Source of the DNA: an uncultured bacterium
Lineage (GTDB): Bacteria > Patescibacteriota > Minisyncoccia > Moranbacterales > UBA2206
Assembly (NCBI GenBank): GCA_903831805.1
Contig: CAIKZD010000017.1
Coordinates: 12,358-76,357, forward strand
Length of the DNA stretch: 64,000 nt
Reading direction: 5' to 3'
Shown: one piece after another, positions 47,339-57,698 of the stretch
Position numbering within the stretch: position 1 is the stretch's first letter
Layout of the letters: each line of letters opens with the position of its first letter
Translations under genes and position numbers: made by a program
The notes under the pieces: model-generated
Databases searched by the model: none
The model's input: only the letters and a program-made list of their open reading frames with translations
What the model was told of the DNA's origin: nothing

Positions 47339-48745
47339 ATGAGTGAAAAAAACAATAATGAACAATCCATGATGGAGAAAATGACATCGCTGTGCAAAAG
47401 GCGGGGGTTTGTTTTTCCGAGCAGTGAAATTTATGGCGGGATGCAGGCCATTTATGATTACGGTCATTATGGCACACTGCTCAAAAATAATATTCGTGAT
47501 GCGTGGCTCCGCCACATGGTGCAGTTACGCTCGGATGTCGTAGGATTGGATAGCGCCATTTTCATGCATCCGAAAACTTGGGTGGCCTCGGGACACGTGG
47601 GCGGGTTCAACGATCCGCAGGCGGATTGCAAAAAATGTAAGTCACGTTTCCGGGCCGATCATATTTTGGAAGAATTTGGTATCAACGCTGATAAAGCACC
47701 TTTGGAAGAACTAAATGCACACTTGGACAAATTGCGCGCGGAGAAAAAATTGAAATGTCCCAATTGCGGTTCGACCGATCTGACGGAAGCCAAGATTTTC
47801 TCTCTCATGGTCAAATCCAATATCGGTTCGCCAACGGACGAACTGAAAGAAGAAAATGTGGTCTATCTGCGGCCGGAAACTTGTGGCGGCATTTATTTGG
47901 AATACAAAAATACCGTCGATTCACTGCATGTGAAATTGCCATTCGGCATCGCGCAAGTCGGCAAAGCTTTCCGGAATGAAATCGTGGCGCGCCAATTCAT
48001 TTTCCGCACGCGCGAATTTGAGCAGATGGAAATGCAATATTTCTTGCATCCGAGCATGATGAAAGATAAATATGAAGATTGGAAGAAAACGCGCTGGCAA
48101 TGGTACTTAGAATACGGCATTGCCGAAAATGAAATTCGCTGGTATAAGCACGAAAAATTGGCGCATTATGCTTCGGAGGCGTTTGACGTGGAATATAATT
48201 TCAAAACTCTCGGCGGCTTCAAAGAGGTGGAAGGCGTGCATGCGCGCGGTGATTGGGATCTGTCTCAGCATGCCAAGTTTTCCGGCGTGGACCTGAGCTA
48301 TTTCGACGAAAAATCTGGCGAAAGATTCATCCCACACATCATGGAAACTTCCGTGGGTCTGAATCGTTTGGTGCTGATGTTCCTCGACCAAGCCTACCAA
48401 GAAGAAACAGTGGGCGAGGACACGCGAGTGGTTTTGAAATTAGACAAACGTCTGGCGCCGATCAAAGTAGCGATTTTGCCACTTTCCAAAAAAGAAGAAT
48501 TATCCAAGCCAGCCAGAGAAATTTATGAAAAATTACGTGAGAATTTTATGGCCGAATATGACGAAACACAATCGATTGGCAAGCGCTACCGCCGCCAAGA
48601 TGAAATCGGCACACCGTTCTGCGTGACAGTCGATTTTGAAACGCTGAATGATCAATCGGTGACCGTGCGAGAACGTGATAGCATGAAACAAGAACGGGTT
48701 AAGATAGGGAAGTTAGAAAGTTATTTGAGAGAGAATTTATCATAA
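47339..48745 (+). CDS. glyQS: Glycine--tRNA ligase (alpha2 type)
   Basis: KRRGFVFPSSEIYGG, YLRPET, FIFRTREFEQME, IGKRYRRQDEIGTP. Confidence 0.97.
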   Translation: MSEKNNNEQSMMEKMTSLCKRRGFVFPSSEIYGGMQAIYDYGHYGTLLKNNIRDAWLRHMVQLRSDVVGLDSAIFMHPKTWVASGHVGGFNDPQADCKKCKSRFRADHILEEFGINADKAPLEELNAHLDKLRAEKKLKCPNCGSTDLTEAKIFSLMVKSNIGSPTDELKEENVVYLRPETCGGIYLEYKNTVDSLHVKLPFGIAQVGKAFRNEIVARQFIFRTREFEQMEMQYFLHPSMMKDKYEDWKKTRWQWYLEYGIAENEIRWYKHEKLAHYASEAFDVEYNFKTLGGFKEVEGVHARGDWDLSQHAKFSGVDLSYFDEKSGERFIPHIMETSVGLNRLVLMFLDQAYQEETVGEDTRVVLKLDKRLAPIKVAILPLSKKEELSKPAREIYEKLRENFMAEYDETQSIGKRYRRQDEIGTPFCVTVDFETLNDQSVTVRERDSMKQERVKIGKLESYLRENLS

Positions 48746-48785
48746 TTCTCAAAAGATGTTTAAAGTTGCCATGAGGAGGTAAGTT

Positions 48786-49127
48786 ATGCGTTATGTCAAA
48801 CCCGGAGAAGATAGTCTGGAAGCATTGGAAGAAATGGCATGTGGTGAAGGGGCTTCTGGTGGAGTCGAGAATGATCCAAATTTGGAGCGGGAATTCCAAG
48901 ATATGGAAGACCGACCGGAAATTACAGCATCGGAGGGCGGTGCCGGGATAGTAAAACAATGCGAAAGCGGTGTTGTGGCTGCCCTCAGAACAATTAACCG
49001 TATCCTTATGCATCAAGCAGGTGATCCTGACATTCGTAGAATAAGGGACAGGTTGTCAAAGGCATATGACGATTTGCAGGAAAACCATCCGGAAATCGGC
49101 GAAGAGCTGACAAATGGCAAGGATTGA
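48786..49127 (+). CDS. Acidic hypothetical protein
   Basis: SD GAGGAGGT; Glu/Asp-rich ORF. Confidence 0.65.
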   Translation: MRYVKPGEDSLEALEEMACGEGASGGVENDPNLEREFQDMEDRPEITASEGGAGIVKQCESGVVAALRTINRILMHQAGDPDIRRIRDRLSKAYDDLQENHPEIGEELTNGKD

Positions 49128-49203
49128 CGGGAGGCTGGAAATAGAGAAAGAGACGACGTCTCTTTCTCTATGAAATAAAAAATAATAATTTTATATAAAC
49201 TAT

Positions 49204-50154
49204 ATGAATATTCAAGAAATATACAAACTAGCCATCGAACTTGGGATAAAAAATGATTTTCGGACAAGAAAGGAAATCGCGGAATATTTGAAAGAAAAAA
49301 AAGAAGAATATGAAAATCTTCCGAAAGATGAAAAGAAATATTTTGACCAAGAAAAACTGACTAATCCTTATTCCGATTCTAGGATAAATTTTGCCGGAGG
49401 AAAAAAGGAAATTCGAAAAATAGTCGCTAGCATTGATATAACTCAGGGCGGACTTTTGATTGCCAAAGAGTTAGGGGTGGACTTGGTTTTCAATCATCAT
49501 CCGGTCGGGTTGGCTCTGGCAGGCCTCGACGATGTGATGAATTACCAAATTGATCAGATGGAAAAATTAGGCGTGCCGGTGAATGTGGCGGAAAAGCTGA
49601 TCCATAAAAGAATATCGGAAGTGGCACGGGGCATCAATCCGAGCAATCATTATGCGGTGGTGGATGCGGCCAAGGCGCTAAAAATAAATCTAATGAACGC
49701 TCATACGCCGGGAGATAACTGCGCCGCTCAGTTTGTTTCGCGAAAAATTGAAGAAGCTCAACCTAGATATGTCAAGGATATTTTAAAAATCCTTATTGAA
49801 ATTCCGGAATATCAAGAGGCGAAAAAACAAGCTAGCGGTCCAATGATTTTTTCCGGAGCGGAGAAAAATCGAACAGGGAAAATAATCGTTTCTGAATTTA
49901 CGGGCGGAACAGAAGGATCCAAAGAAATTTATCAAGTTATGGCCAACTTCGGGGTGGGGACAATCATCAGTATGCATCAAAGTGAAGAGCATCGGAAAGC
50001 GGCGGAAGCGGCGCATATCAATGTCGTGGTGGCCGGACATATATCGAGCGATTCATTGGGTATGAATTTAATTTTAGATGAACTGGAAAAGAAAGGCATG
50101 GAAGTCATCCCTTTTGGCGGATTAATAAGAATAAATCGAAATAAGAAAAAATAA
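49204..50154 (+). CDS. NIF3-like (YbgI-related) protein
   Basis: NPYSDSRI, HHP, HTPGDN, AGHISSDSLGMN. Confidence 0.85.
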   Translation: MNIQEIYKLAIELGIKNDFRTRKEIAEYLKEKKEEYENLPKDEKKYFDQEKLTNPYSDSRINFAGGKKEIRKIVASIDITQGGLLIAKELGVDLVFNHHPVGLALAGLDDVMNYQIDQMEKLGVPVNVAEKLIHKRISEVARGINPSNHYAVVDAAKALKINLMNAHTPGDNCAAQFVSRKIEEAQPRYVKDILKILIEIPEYQEAKKQASGPMIFSGAEKNRTGKIIVSEFTGGTEGSKEIYQVMANFGVGTIISMHQSEEHRKAAEAAHINVVVAGHISSDSLGMNLILDELEKKGMEVIPFGGLIRINRNKKK

Positions 50155-50159
50155 AATCT

Positions 50160-51428
50160 ATGAACTATAAAAAAACAACATTAAAAAATGGTTTACGCAT
50201 CATTACCGCTCCGATGAAGGGCACGCAGACGGTGACGATCGTGGCGGCGATCGGGGTGGGTAGTCGGTTTGAAACTGACAAAGAAGCAGGGCTGTCGCAT
50301 TTCATTGAACATATGTTGTTCAAAGGCACCGAGAAACGGCCGACCACGCTCGACATTGCCACGGAGATGGATGAGATCGGCGGCGATTTCAATGCGTTCA
50401 CTTCCAAAGACACGACTGCCTATTATGCCAAGGCGGACGCCCGGCACGCGCAGGTTATAATTGACATAATTTCCGACATCTATCTCAATTCCAAATTCGA
50501 AGAAGCGGAGATTAAAAAAGAAAACGGCACCATCATCCAAGAGATCAATATGTATGAAGATATGCCGATGCGCAATGTGGAAAATGTTTTTGAGCAGTTG
50601 CTTTATCCTGGTATGCCGCTCGGGCGCGACATTGCCGGCACCAAAAAAACCGTGGCATCTTTCAAGCGAAAAGATTTTCTGAACTATATCCGCCGCCACT
50701 ATATGGCCAACGACACGGTGATTTGCGTGGCTGGGAAATTGGATGAGAAAAAAGTTTTGGCGCAGCTCGAGAAAAGTTTTTCCGGCATGGAAAAAAAGAA
50801 AGACACGAAAATCGTCAAAGTGAAAGAGGTGCAGAAAACTCCAGCACTCAAGATCCAATTCAAGAAAACCGACCAGACCCATTTTGTCTTGGGGCTGCGC
50901 GCCTTGAATAGGGATCACAAGGATCGCTATGTTCTCTCTTTGCTTTCCACAATTCTGGGCGGCGGGATGTCGAGCCGGCTCTTCATCGAAGTGCGAGAGA
51001 AGCGGGGCTTGGCCTACTATGTTCGGACTGCGGTGGAAGCGTACGAGGACGCGGGGTATATCGCGACGCAAGCCGGGGTGGAACATAAAAATTTGAAATT
51101 GGCTTTGAAGACTATCCTGGAAGAATACGCGAAAATTGCCAGAGAAGAGGTGAGCGAAAAAGAACTCAAAAAAGCCAAGGACTATATCAAAGGAAAAACC
51201 GTGATGGGGATGGAGGCATCGGATGCGGTGGCTATGTTTTTCGCGGGGCAAGAAGTGGAGCGAGAAAAAATCATGACAGTAGAAGAAAAATTCAAATTTA
51301 TTGACGCGGTCACCGTGAGAGATATCTTGCGGGTGGCCAAGAATGTTTTCAAGGACGAAAAGCTCAACCTGGCGCTGATCGGACCGCATAAAGTTACGAA
51401 AGAATTAAGGGGTTTGCTTAAGCTTTAA
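50160..51428 (+). CDS. M16 family (pitrilysin) peptidase
   Basis: HFIEHMLFKGT inverted zinc motif, NAFT, GGGMSSRLF.EVREKRGLAY. Confidence 0.95.
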   Translation: MNYKKTTLKNGLRIITAPMKGTQTVTIVAAIGVGSRFETDKEAGLSHFIEHMLFKGTEKRPTTLDIATEMDEIGGDFNAFTSKDTTAYYAKADARHAQVIIDIISDIYLNSKFEEAEIKKENGTIIQEINMYEDMPMRNVENVFEQLLYPGMPLGRDIAGTKKTVASFKRKDFLNYIRRHYMANDTVICVAGKLDEKKVLAQLEKSFSGMEKKKDTKIVKVKEVQKTPALKIQFKKTDQTHFVLGLRALNRDHKDRYVLSLLSTILGGGMSSRLFIEVREKRGLAYYVRTAVEAYEDAGYIATQAGVEHKNLKLALKTILEEYAKIAREEVSEKELKKAKDYIKGKTVMGMEASDAVAMFFAGQEVEREKIMTVEEKFKFIDAVTVRDILRVAKNVFKDEKLNLALIGPHKVTKELRGLLKL

Positions 51429-51448
51429 TTAGGGCTTAGAATGAGATT

Positions 51449-52474
51449 ATGAATGAAATTAGAAAAATTGAAATTTCCACGGCCACCATTTTCAAAACTA
51501 TTTTAATCCTGTTGTCCATAGTGTTTTTGTATATGGTGCGCGATATCGTGATGCTGCTTTTCATCGCGGTCATTATTGTGGCGGCCATTGATCCGGCTGT
51601 AGATTTCATGCAAAAGAAAAGAATCCCACGGCCCATTGGAACTCTGATCATCTATATAGTTCTATTGGCCTTGATTTCTTTAGCAGTTTCATTTCTTATC
51701 CCCCCGATGACTAAACAGCTGCACGAATTCTCCGGCAATCTTAATCAATATTATGCCGGCGCGGAGAATTCTCTGAATAATTTCGGCACGCTCTTGCAAG
51801 GCCAGCATATCGACATTGGAGTGAGTCGGATGGTCAATGAAATCGGCAACGCGGTGGGCAACATTCCGCGCAGTATTTTTTCCACGACCGTGGGAGTTTT
51901 CTCGAGTGCGTTGTCATTTATCGTAGTGCTTTCCATGGCTTTCTATATGTCAGTCGAAGAGGACGGCATCAAAAAATTCATCGTTTCTCTGACGCCCGAA
52001 CCGCACAAAAAATATGCCGCCAGTCTGACTACTCGAATTGAAAGCAAGATTGGCCGTTGGATGGCCGGGCAATTGATGTTGATGATTATTATTTTCATCT
52101 TGGACTACATCGGCCTTACTTTGATTGGTATGCCGTATGCACTGGTCTTAGCCTTTTTGGCCGGAATTTTGGAAGCGGTGCCGTATGTCGGTCCGATTGC
52201 TTCGGCCATTCCCGGCATCATCATCGGCTTTCTAGTCTCTCCGGTCAAAGGCTTTCTGGCTTTCTTGGTTTATCTAGTGGCGCAACAATTTGAAACCAAT
52301 GTCATTGTGCCGCAGATTATGAAAAAAGCCTTGGGCCTAAATCCGGTCGCGACCATCTCGGCTATCCTAATCGGCTTTAAACTGGCCGGAGTGCTGGGGG
52401 CGATCATTGCTGTGCCGACTGCCACGGCAATCAGTCTTTTCATTGCAGACTTAATGGAACGAGAAGAAAAATAA
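51449..52474 (+). CDS. AI-2E family transporter
   Basis: Multi-TM, VPYVGP, QQFETNVIVPQIM..LGLNP. Confidence 0.92.
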   Translation: MNEIRKIEISTATIFKTILILLSIVFLYMVRDIVMLLFIAVIIVAAIDPAVDFMQKKRIPRPIGTLIIYIVLLALISLAVSFLIPPMTKQLHEFSGNLNQYYAGAENSLNNFGTLLQGQHIDIGVSRMVNEIGNAVGNIPRSIFSTTVGVFSSALSFIVVLSMAFYMSVEEDGIKKFIVSLTPEPHKKYAASLTTRIESKIGRWMAGQLMLMIIIFILDYIGLTLIGMPYALVLAFLAGILEAVPYVGPIASAIPGIIIGFLVSPVKGFLAFLVYLVAQQFETNVIVPQIMKKALGLNPVATISAILIGFKLAGVLGAIIAVPTATAISLFIADLMEREEK

Positions 52475-52479
52475 TTTAT

Positions 52480-53172
52480 ATGGATACAGGCACACTCTAT
52501 ATCGTCGCGACTCCAATCGGCAATCTCAGTGACATTACCTATCGAGCGGTGGAAATCCTTAATAAGGTTGATTTGATTGTGTGCGAAGACACCAGGACCA
52601 GCCGGAAACTTTTGGATCATTATGGCATAAAAACCGCCACGATGTCTTTCTATCAAAATATTCGCAGTGGGGGAGCGAGCAAGCCGGTGCCGAAAACGGA
52701 AAGAATCATTGCAGAACTTACGAGCGGCAAAAATGTGGCACTCATTACGGACGCCGGGACGCCTGGGATTTCAGACCCGGGCAATCAATTGGTGGCGGCG
52801 GCAGTGCGCGAAGGGGTTGTGGCCATTCCAGTGCCGGGCGCTTCGTCACTTACGACTCTCATCAGTGTGGCCGGCCTTGATCTGACCCGCTTTGTCTTTT
52901 TGGGTTTTCCGCCACACAAAAAAGGCCGCGAAACTTTTTTCAAAGAAGTGACAGCTTTCAATTTTCCCGTTATCTATCTGGAATCGCCACATCGCCTGAT
53001 GAAAAATTTGGAACTGCTGAAAACTTTGGCACCAGAAAAGAATGTCATTCTGGGACGGGAGCTGACCAAGATGTTTGAAGAAATTGTGCGAGGGTCGGTT
53101 GGGGATGTGCTGGAATATTTTGAAAAAAATCCGGGAAAAGTGAAAGGGGAGATTGTGATAATTGCGTATTAA
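52480..53172 (+). CDS. rsmI: 16S rRNA C1402 2'-O-methyltransferase
   Basis: LYIVATPIGNL.DIT.RA, CEDTR, DAGTPGISDPG, RELTKMFEE. Confidence 0.96.
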   Translation: MDTGTLYIVATPIGNLSDITYRAVEILNKVDLIVCEDTRTSRKLLDHYGIKTATMSFYQNIRSGGASKPVPKTERIIAELTSGKNVALITDAGTPGISDPGNQLVAAAVREGVVAIPVPGASSLTTLISVAGLDLTRFVFLGFPPHKKGRETFFKEVTAFNFPVIYLESPHRLMKNLELLKTLAPEKNVILGRELTKMFEEIVRGSVGDVLEYFEKNPGKVKGEIVIIAY

Positions 53173-53178
53173 AAAACT

Positions 53179-54600
53179 ATGAAACAGAAAAATTTTTATA
53201 TAACCACAACCCTGCCCTACGTGAACGCTGATCCGCATATTGGATTTGCCAAGGAAATTGTGGAGGCGGATGTGTTGGCGCGGTATCATCGTGAAAAAGG
53301 CGAGGAAGTGTTTTTCAATACGGGTGTTGACGAGCACGGACTTAAGATTTTGAAAAAAGCCGAGGAGTTGGGAATCGATCCACAAGTCTATTGCGATCAA
53401 AAAGCGCCGGAGTTTGATAAATTAAAATCAGCCTTGAACTTGAGTTATAACAATTTCATCCGTACGACTGATGCGCATCACATTGAAGCGGCGCAAGAAT
53501 TTTGGCGGCGGTGTGAAGAAAATGGTGATATCTACAAAAAAAATTATAGCGTGAAATATTGCGTAGGGTGCGAATTGGAAAAAACCGAGTCGGAACTGGT
53601 GGATGGTCGCTGTCCGCTCCATCCGAATGCGGAGCTGGAGCTGATCGAAGAGGAGAATTATTTTTTCAAGTTTAGCGCCTATCAAGAAAAACTTCTGGCA
53701 CTGTATGAAAAAAATCCAGAGTTTGTTCTGCCAAAGAAAAGATTCAATGAAATCAAAAGTTTTGTCGAGCGAGGACTGGAGGATTTCAGTATCTCGCGGC
53801 TCAAAAGTAAAATGTCATGGGGCATACAAGTGCCAGGGGACGAAGAACATGTGATGTATGTCTGGTTTGATGCATTGGTCAATTACATTTCCGCGCTTGG
53901 CTGGCCTGATGAAAAAGGCAATTTTGAAAAATTTTGGCCAGGTGTGCAAGTGTGCGGCAAGGATAATCTGCGCCAACAATCGGCCATGTGGCAGGCGATG
54001 CTTCTGTCGGCCAAAGTACCAAACTCCAAACAAGTTTTTGTGAATGGTTTCATTACGGTGGACGGGCAAAAAATGAGCAAGTCTATCGGTAATGTCATCT
54101 CGCCATTGGAAATGGTGGAAAAGTTTGGCGTGGACGCGACGCGTTATTTACTTTTGTCTGGAGCTAGTTTTGGTGAAGACTTCGATATCACTTGGGAAAA
54201 AATGACGGAAAAATATAACGCCGATTTGGCGAATGGGTTGGGAAATCTTTTGTCGCGAGTGATTACGTTGGCTGAAAATATTGCGCATGAGCCAAAGGTC
54301 GAACCTTTGGATTCCAAAGGTTCGACCTTTGGCGAGCTGATTGAAAAGTTGGAGTTGGGTAAGGCACTGGAACATATCTGGAAAATAATCGACGAGGATA
54401 ATAAATTTATCGGGGAGAAGAAGCCGTGGGAATTGGTGAAAAATAATCAGGCGGAATTTGAAAAGGTAATGCAGAAATTATTGGATGACTTGAGTTTGAT
54501 TTCTGAATTGCTCGTGCCTTTCATGCCAGACACTGCTGCAAAAATAAAAACAGCTCTGGAAACGAAAAAAGTTGAGCCGTTGTTCCAGAGGATAAAATAA
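53179..54600 (+). CDS. metG: Methionine--tRNA ligase
   Basis: FYITTTLPYVN..PHIG, YVWFDALVNY, KMSKS. Confidence 0.97.
   Translation: MKQKNFYITTTLPYVNADPHIGFAKEIVEADVLARYHREKGEEVFFNTGVDEHGLKILKKAEELGIDPQVYCDQKAPEFDKLKSALNLSYNNFIRTTDAHHIEAAQEFWRRCEENGDIYKKNYSVKYCVGCELEKTESELVDGRCPLHPNAELELIEEENYFFKFSAYQEKLLALYEKNPEFVLPKKRFNEIKSFVERGLEDFSISRLKSKMSWGIQVPGDEEHVMYVWFDALVNYISALGWPDEKGNFEKFWPGVQVCGKDNLRQQSAMWQAMLLSAKVPNSKQVFVNGFITVDGQKMSKSIGNVISPLEMVEKFGVDATRYLLLSGASFGEDFDITWEKMTEKYNADLANGLGNLLSRVITLAENIAHEPKVEPLDSKGSTFGELIEKLELGKALEHIWKIIDEDNKFIGEKKPWELVKNNQAEFEKVMQKLLDDLSLISELLVPFMPDTAAKIKTALETKKVEPLFQRIK
54291..54333. repeat. Nested double palindrome in frame in metG
   Basis: GCCAAAGGTCGAACCTTTGG-att-CCAAAGGTTCGACCTTTGGC perfect 20-bp arms. 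Confidence 0.92.
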
Positions 54601-54656
54601 AAAAAGTCGTTGCGTAATGTCGCGCAACGACTCGAATTGTATGGTTAAGGAATATT

Positions 54657-54851
54657 TCAACCAATACCCAACCAGCTTTTTCCACTACTTGGCGCTATTA
54701 GACGCTTGAAGTAGAATGATCTTTCATGCAGGTGGCTATTGTCGAAGCCGACCAATTCCCAACCTTTTTTTCCGAGGATGTTTAGAATATCCTGAGTTCC
54801 TTCATTGGTTTTTTGTATACTTTGTACAATTTTATATTCCCATTGTTGCAT
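54657..54851 (-). CDS. DUF4177-like small protein
   Basis: WEYK, LN.LG..GWELV, FYFKR. Confidence 0.85.
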   Translation of the reverse strand: MQQWEYKIVQSIQKTNEGTQDILNILGKKGWELVGFDNSHLHERSFYFKRLIAPSSGKSWLGIG

Positions 54852-55009
54852 AAGATTACCTCTTAGTTGATGTTTTTTGTTAAATCGCCTTGTTTTTAAA
54901 GAATATAGTAGTATGTATTATCTGATAACATTTGTCAATCTTCATTAAATTTATATAGTGAATATTGCTTAATTTAAGGCAAAAAATGACAAAAGTAGCT
55001 TACATGCAT

Positions 55010-55149
55010 TTGTCATTCTGAGCGAAGCGTAGCGAAGTCGAAGAATCTGCTTTGTGTTTCCAGTGGTTATCCTATAAGGGTAAAACTTGTGGTAATGCAA
55101 AGTAGATCCTTCGGCTGCGTCCGAGTACGGACTTCGCTCATGATGACAA
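55010..55149. repeat. Family A element
   Basis: TTGTCATTCTGAGC...GCTCATGATGACAA, 55-nt core. Confidence 0.92.
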
Positions 55150-55201
55150 GCTTACTAATGACGGGTTTTTACTAAACATTAAATCTAGTGAATTAAATAA
55201 C

Positions 55202-55246
55202 GAGATTGCCGCGGTCGTTTTGAGTACAAAACTCCCTCGCAATGAC
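55202..55246. repeat. Half-element of a family-A-like subfamily
   Basis: GAGATTGC...AGTA hairpin...CTCGCAATGAC parallels the family A right arm. Confidence 0.6.
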
Positions 55247-55255
55247 AGAATTTCC

Positions 55256-56143
55256 ATGATTGACACCCATGCCCACATTGATGACCACCAATTTGACGCC
55301 GACCGCGAAGAAATGATTGGACGGGCTTTTAGTAGCGGCGTGGAAAAAATCGTGACTATTGGGGCGGGGCTAGGATCGAGTGCGCGGGCGGTGGAGGTGG
55401 CTAAGAACCATGACAATATTTTTGCCGTGGTGGGGTTGCATCCGGAATATTTTATGCAGCATGGAGCGTGGAATGAAGAGCATAAGCAAAAGTTGGAAGA
55501 ACTGGCGCGCGCGGAAAAAGTGGTGGCTATCGGAGAAATTGGATTGGAATATCATTCACATGACGGAGCGCCTATAGCAGATGAACAAAAAGAGTTTCAA
55601 AAAGAAGGTTTTATCTATCAATTAGAATTAGCTAAGAAATTAAAGTTGCCAGTGGTCATCCATTGCCGTGGGGAGCGTGCGCCCGTAGGCGAGAAATATC
55701 GGGAAGTAGGCGAGGCGTATGAAGATGTGCTGGAGATTTTGGAAGATTCTTTCGGAACCCCTCCGTCCCGAGTACGAGACACCTCCCCTGAGTACAGGGG
55801 AGGGGGAGAACTCCCTTTTGTTGTTTTTCATTCTTTCGGCGGACGATTGGATTTTGCCAGGAAAGTCATGGCGCGCGAAAATATCTTTTTTTCTTTCAAT
55901 GGCAATCTGACTTATGCTAAACCGAGTGCGGAAATTTTGGAAGTGGTGAAAATGATTCCACTCGAAAAAATCATGTTGGAAACCGATTGCCCGTATCTTT
56001 CCCCTGTGCCGCACCGGGGGGAACGGAATGAGCCGGCTAATGTGGTTTATGTGCGGGATAAAATTGCAGAAATTAAAGCCATAGATAAAGAAGAAGTGGA
56101 CAAAATCACTTCCCAAAATGCGGTCAAATTTTTCCGTTTTTAG
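55256..56143 (+). CDS. tatD: TatD family DNase with palindromic insertion
   Basis: DTHAH, AIGEIGL, IHCR, LETDCPYL.P.P.RG.RNEP. Confidence 0.95.
   Translation: MIDTHAHIDDHQFDADREEMIGRAFSSGVEKIVTIGAGLGSSARAVEVAKNHDNIFAVVGLHPEYFMQHGAWNEEHKQKLEELARAEKVVAIGEIGLEYHSHDGAPIADEQKEFQKEGFIYQLELAKKLKLPVVIHCRGERAPVGEKYREVGEAYEDVLEILEDSFGTPPSRVRDTSPEYRGGGELPFVVFHSFGGRLDFARKVMARENIFFSFNGNLTYAKPSAEILEVVKMIPLEKIMLETDCPYLSPVPHRGERNEPANVVYVRDKIAEIKAIDKEEVDKITSQNAVKFFRF
55758..55808. repeat. Family B element in frame in tatD
   Basis: Two AGTA hairpins; encodes PPSRVRDTSPEYRGGG just before VVFHSF. Confidence 0.9.
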
Positions 56144-56235
56144 GGAAATTTTCCAATTATTGACTTTTTTTTCTTTTTGTTAGACAATTAGATGTACCCT
56201 GATGAGCCTGATTTGGCTGTGATAAAAATAAAATC

Positions 56236-56499
56236 ATGGAAAATGAGACGGAAAAAAACAGTGCTGAGAAAAAAGCGGATAAAAATGAAACACGAAAAAC
56301 TTTTTCCGTTATGGCCCTGGCCTGGGAATTGGGCTATCTGATTGCCATCCCATTGGTGGCGTTGACACTCGGCGGCCGCGGCCTGGATAAGAAATTGGGC
56401 ACTTCGCCACTCCTGCTTCTCATCGGCGTAGTAGCGGCCATCATCCTTTCCTCGTATATGGTGTATAAAAAAACAATTGATATAATGGACCAAAAATAA
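56236..56499 (+). CDS. AtpZ/AtpI family protein
   Basis: ELGYLIAIP, G..LDK.LGTSP; first gene of the atp operon. Confidence 0.85.
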   Translation: MENETEKNSAEKKADKNETRKTFSVMALAWELGYLIAIPLVALTLGGRGLDKKLGTSPLLLLIGVVAAIILSSYMVYKKTIDIMDQK

Positions 56500-57251
56500 T
56501 GGATATTTCTCTTGTGCCGGAAACGATCTTCCATCTCGGAAGCTTTCCGTTCACCAATTCGCTTATCATGACTCTCGTCACTAGCGCCATCATCATTGGC
56601 ATTTCTTTTTTTGTCCAAAAAAACACTAAACTCATTCCGCGTGGTTTTCAGAATTTGTTCGAAGCTATCATAGAATATTTTTTCGAACTGGTGCACAGTG
56701 TAACACAGGACAAGGAAGAAACCCGCCAGTTTTTCCCGATCGTGATGACCATTTTCATTTTCATCATCATTTCCAACTGGATGGGACTTCTGCCGGGCGC
56801 TGGCACGGTGGGCTTGCATGAAGTGAAGGAGGGGAAATCAATCATAGCGCCGTTCATTCGGAGCGGTTCAGCTGATCTTAACACAACTTTGGCCTTGTCG
56901 CTCATTGCGGTTTTCACCGCCAATTTTATGGGCATTTCGGCCATCGGGCTGGTGCGTTATGGCAAAAAATTTCTGATCAATCCTTTCAAAAAACCTTATT
57001 TCATCGGCACGTTCGTGGGCGTGTTGGAACTCATCAGTGAAATGGCTAAGATCATTTCTTTTTCCTTCCGGTTGTTCGGCAATGTTTTCGCCGGTGAAGT
57101 GCTTTTGATTGTGATGCTGAACCTGGTGCCATATTTTGTCCCATTGCCGTTTTTGTTTTTGGAAGTGTTTGTCGGATTCGTGCAGGCCTTGGTTTTTTCC
57201 ATGCTCACTCTGGTTTTCCTGAAAATGGCAGTCACAGCGCACGATCACTAG
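56499..57251 (+). CDS. atpB: ATP synthase subunit a
   Basis: SFRLFGNVFAGE, QALVFSMLT. Confidence 0.97.
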   Translation: MDISLVPETIFHLGSFPFTNSLIMTLVTSAIIIGISFFVQKNTKLIPRGFQNLFEAIIEYFFELVHSVTQDKEETRQFFPIVMTIFIFIIISNWMGLLPGAGTVGLHEVKEGKSIIAPFIRSGSADLNTTLALSLIAVFTANFMGISAIGLVRYGKKFLINPFKKPYFIGTFVGVLELISEMAKIISFSFRLFGNVFAGEVLLIVMLNLVPYFVPLPFLFLEVFVGFVQALVFSMLTLVFLKMAVTAHDH

Positions 57252-57325
57252 GAAGTTTATAAAGTTCATCAAGTTCATAAGGTTGGAAAGTTTGTAGCGT
57301 TGTAAGGTTAATTAATTTTTTTTAA

Positions 57326-57613
<288 letters not shown>

Positions 57614-57698
57614 GTCAGTCATCGGTCAATGGTCATCAATCCGCATAACTTTGCGGGTTGAGAACGATTAACTGAATAAATATCTTAAAGCTAATTAT

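Noticed and set aside
50193-51389. 398-aa antisense ORF, and similar long shadows at 43250-44308, 27603-28673, 28977-29828 and 18981-19751
   Set aside because: Mirror frames of conserved genes with no recognisable motifs
52650-52700. NIRSGGASKPVP segment of RsmI, and the extra loop near 36130-36200 in ileS, as repeat insertions
   Set aside because: No clear palindrome or match to the repeat families; cannot be supported without alignments
55771-55780. AGTACGAGA resemblance to the 23S sarcin-ricin loop
   Set aside because: Explained by the palindromic stem; other copies lack it
56198-56225. CTGATGAG as a hammerhead ribozyme or fluoride riboswitch core
   Set aside because: No GAAA after the putative stem II and no matching 5' GATGG element
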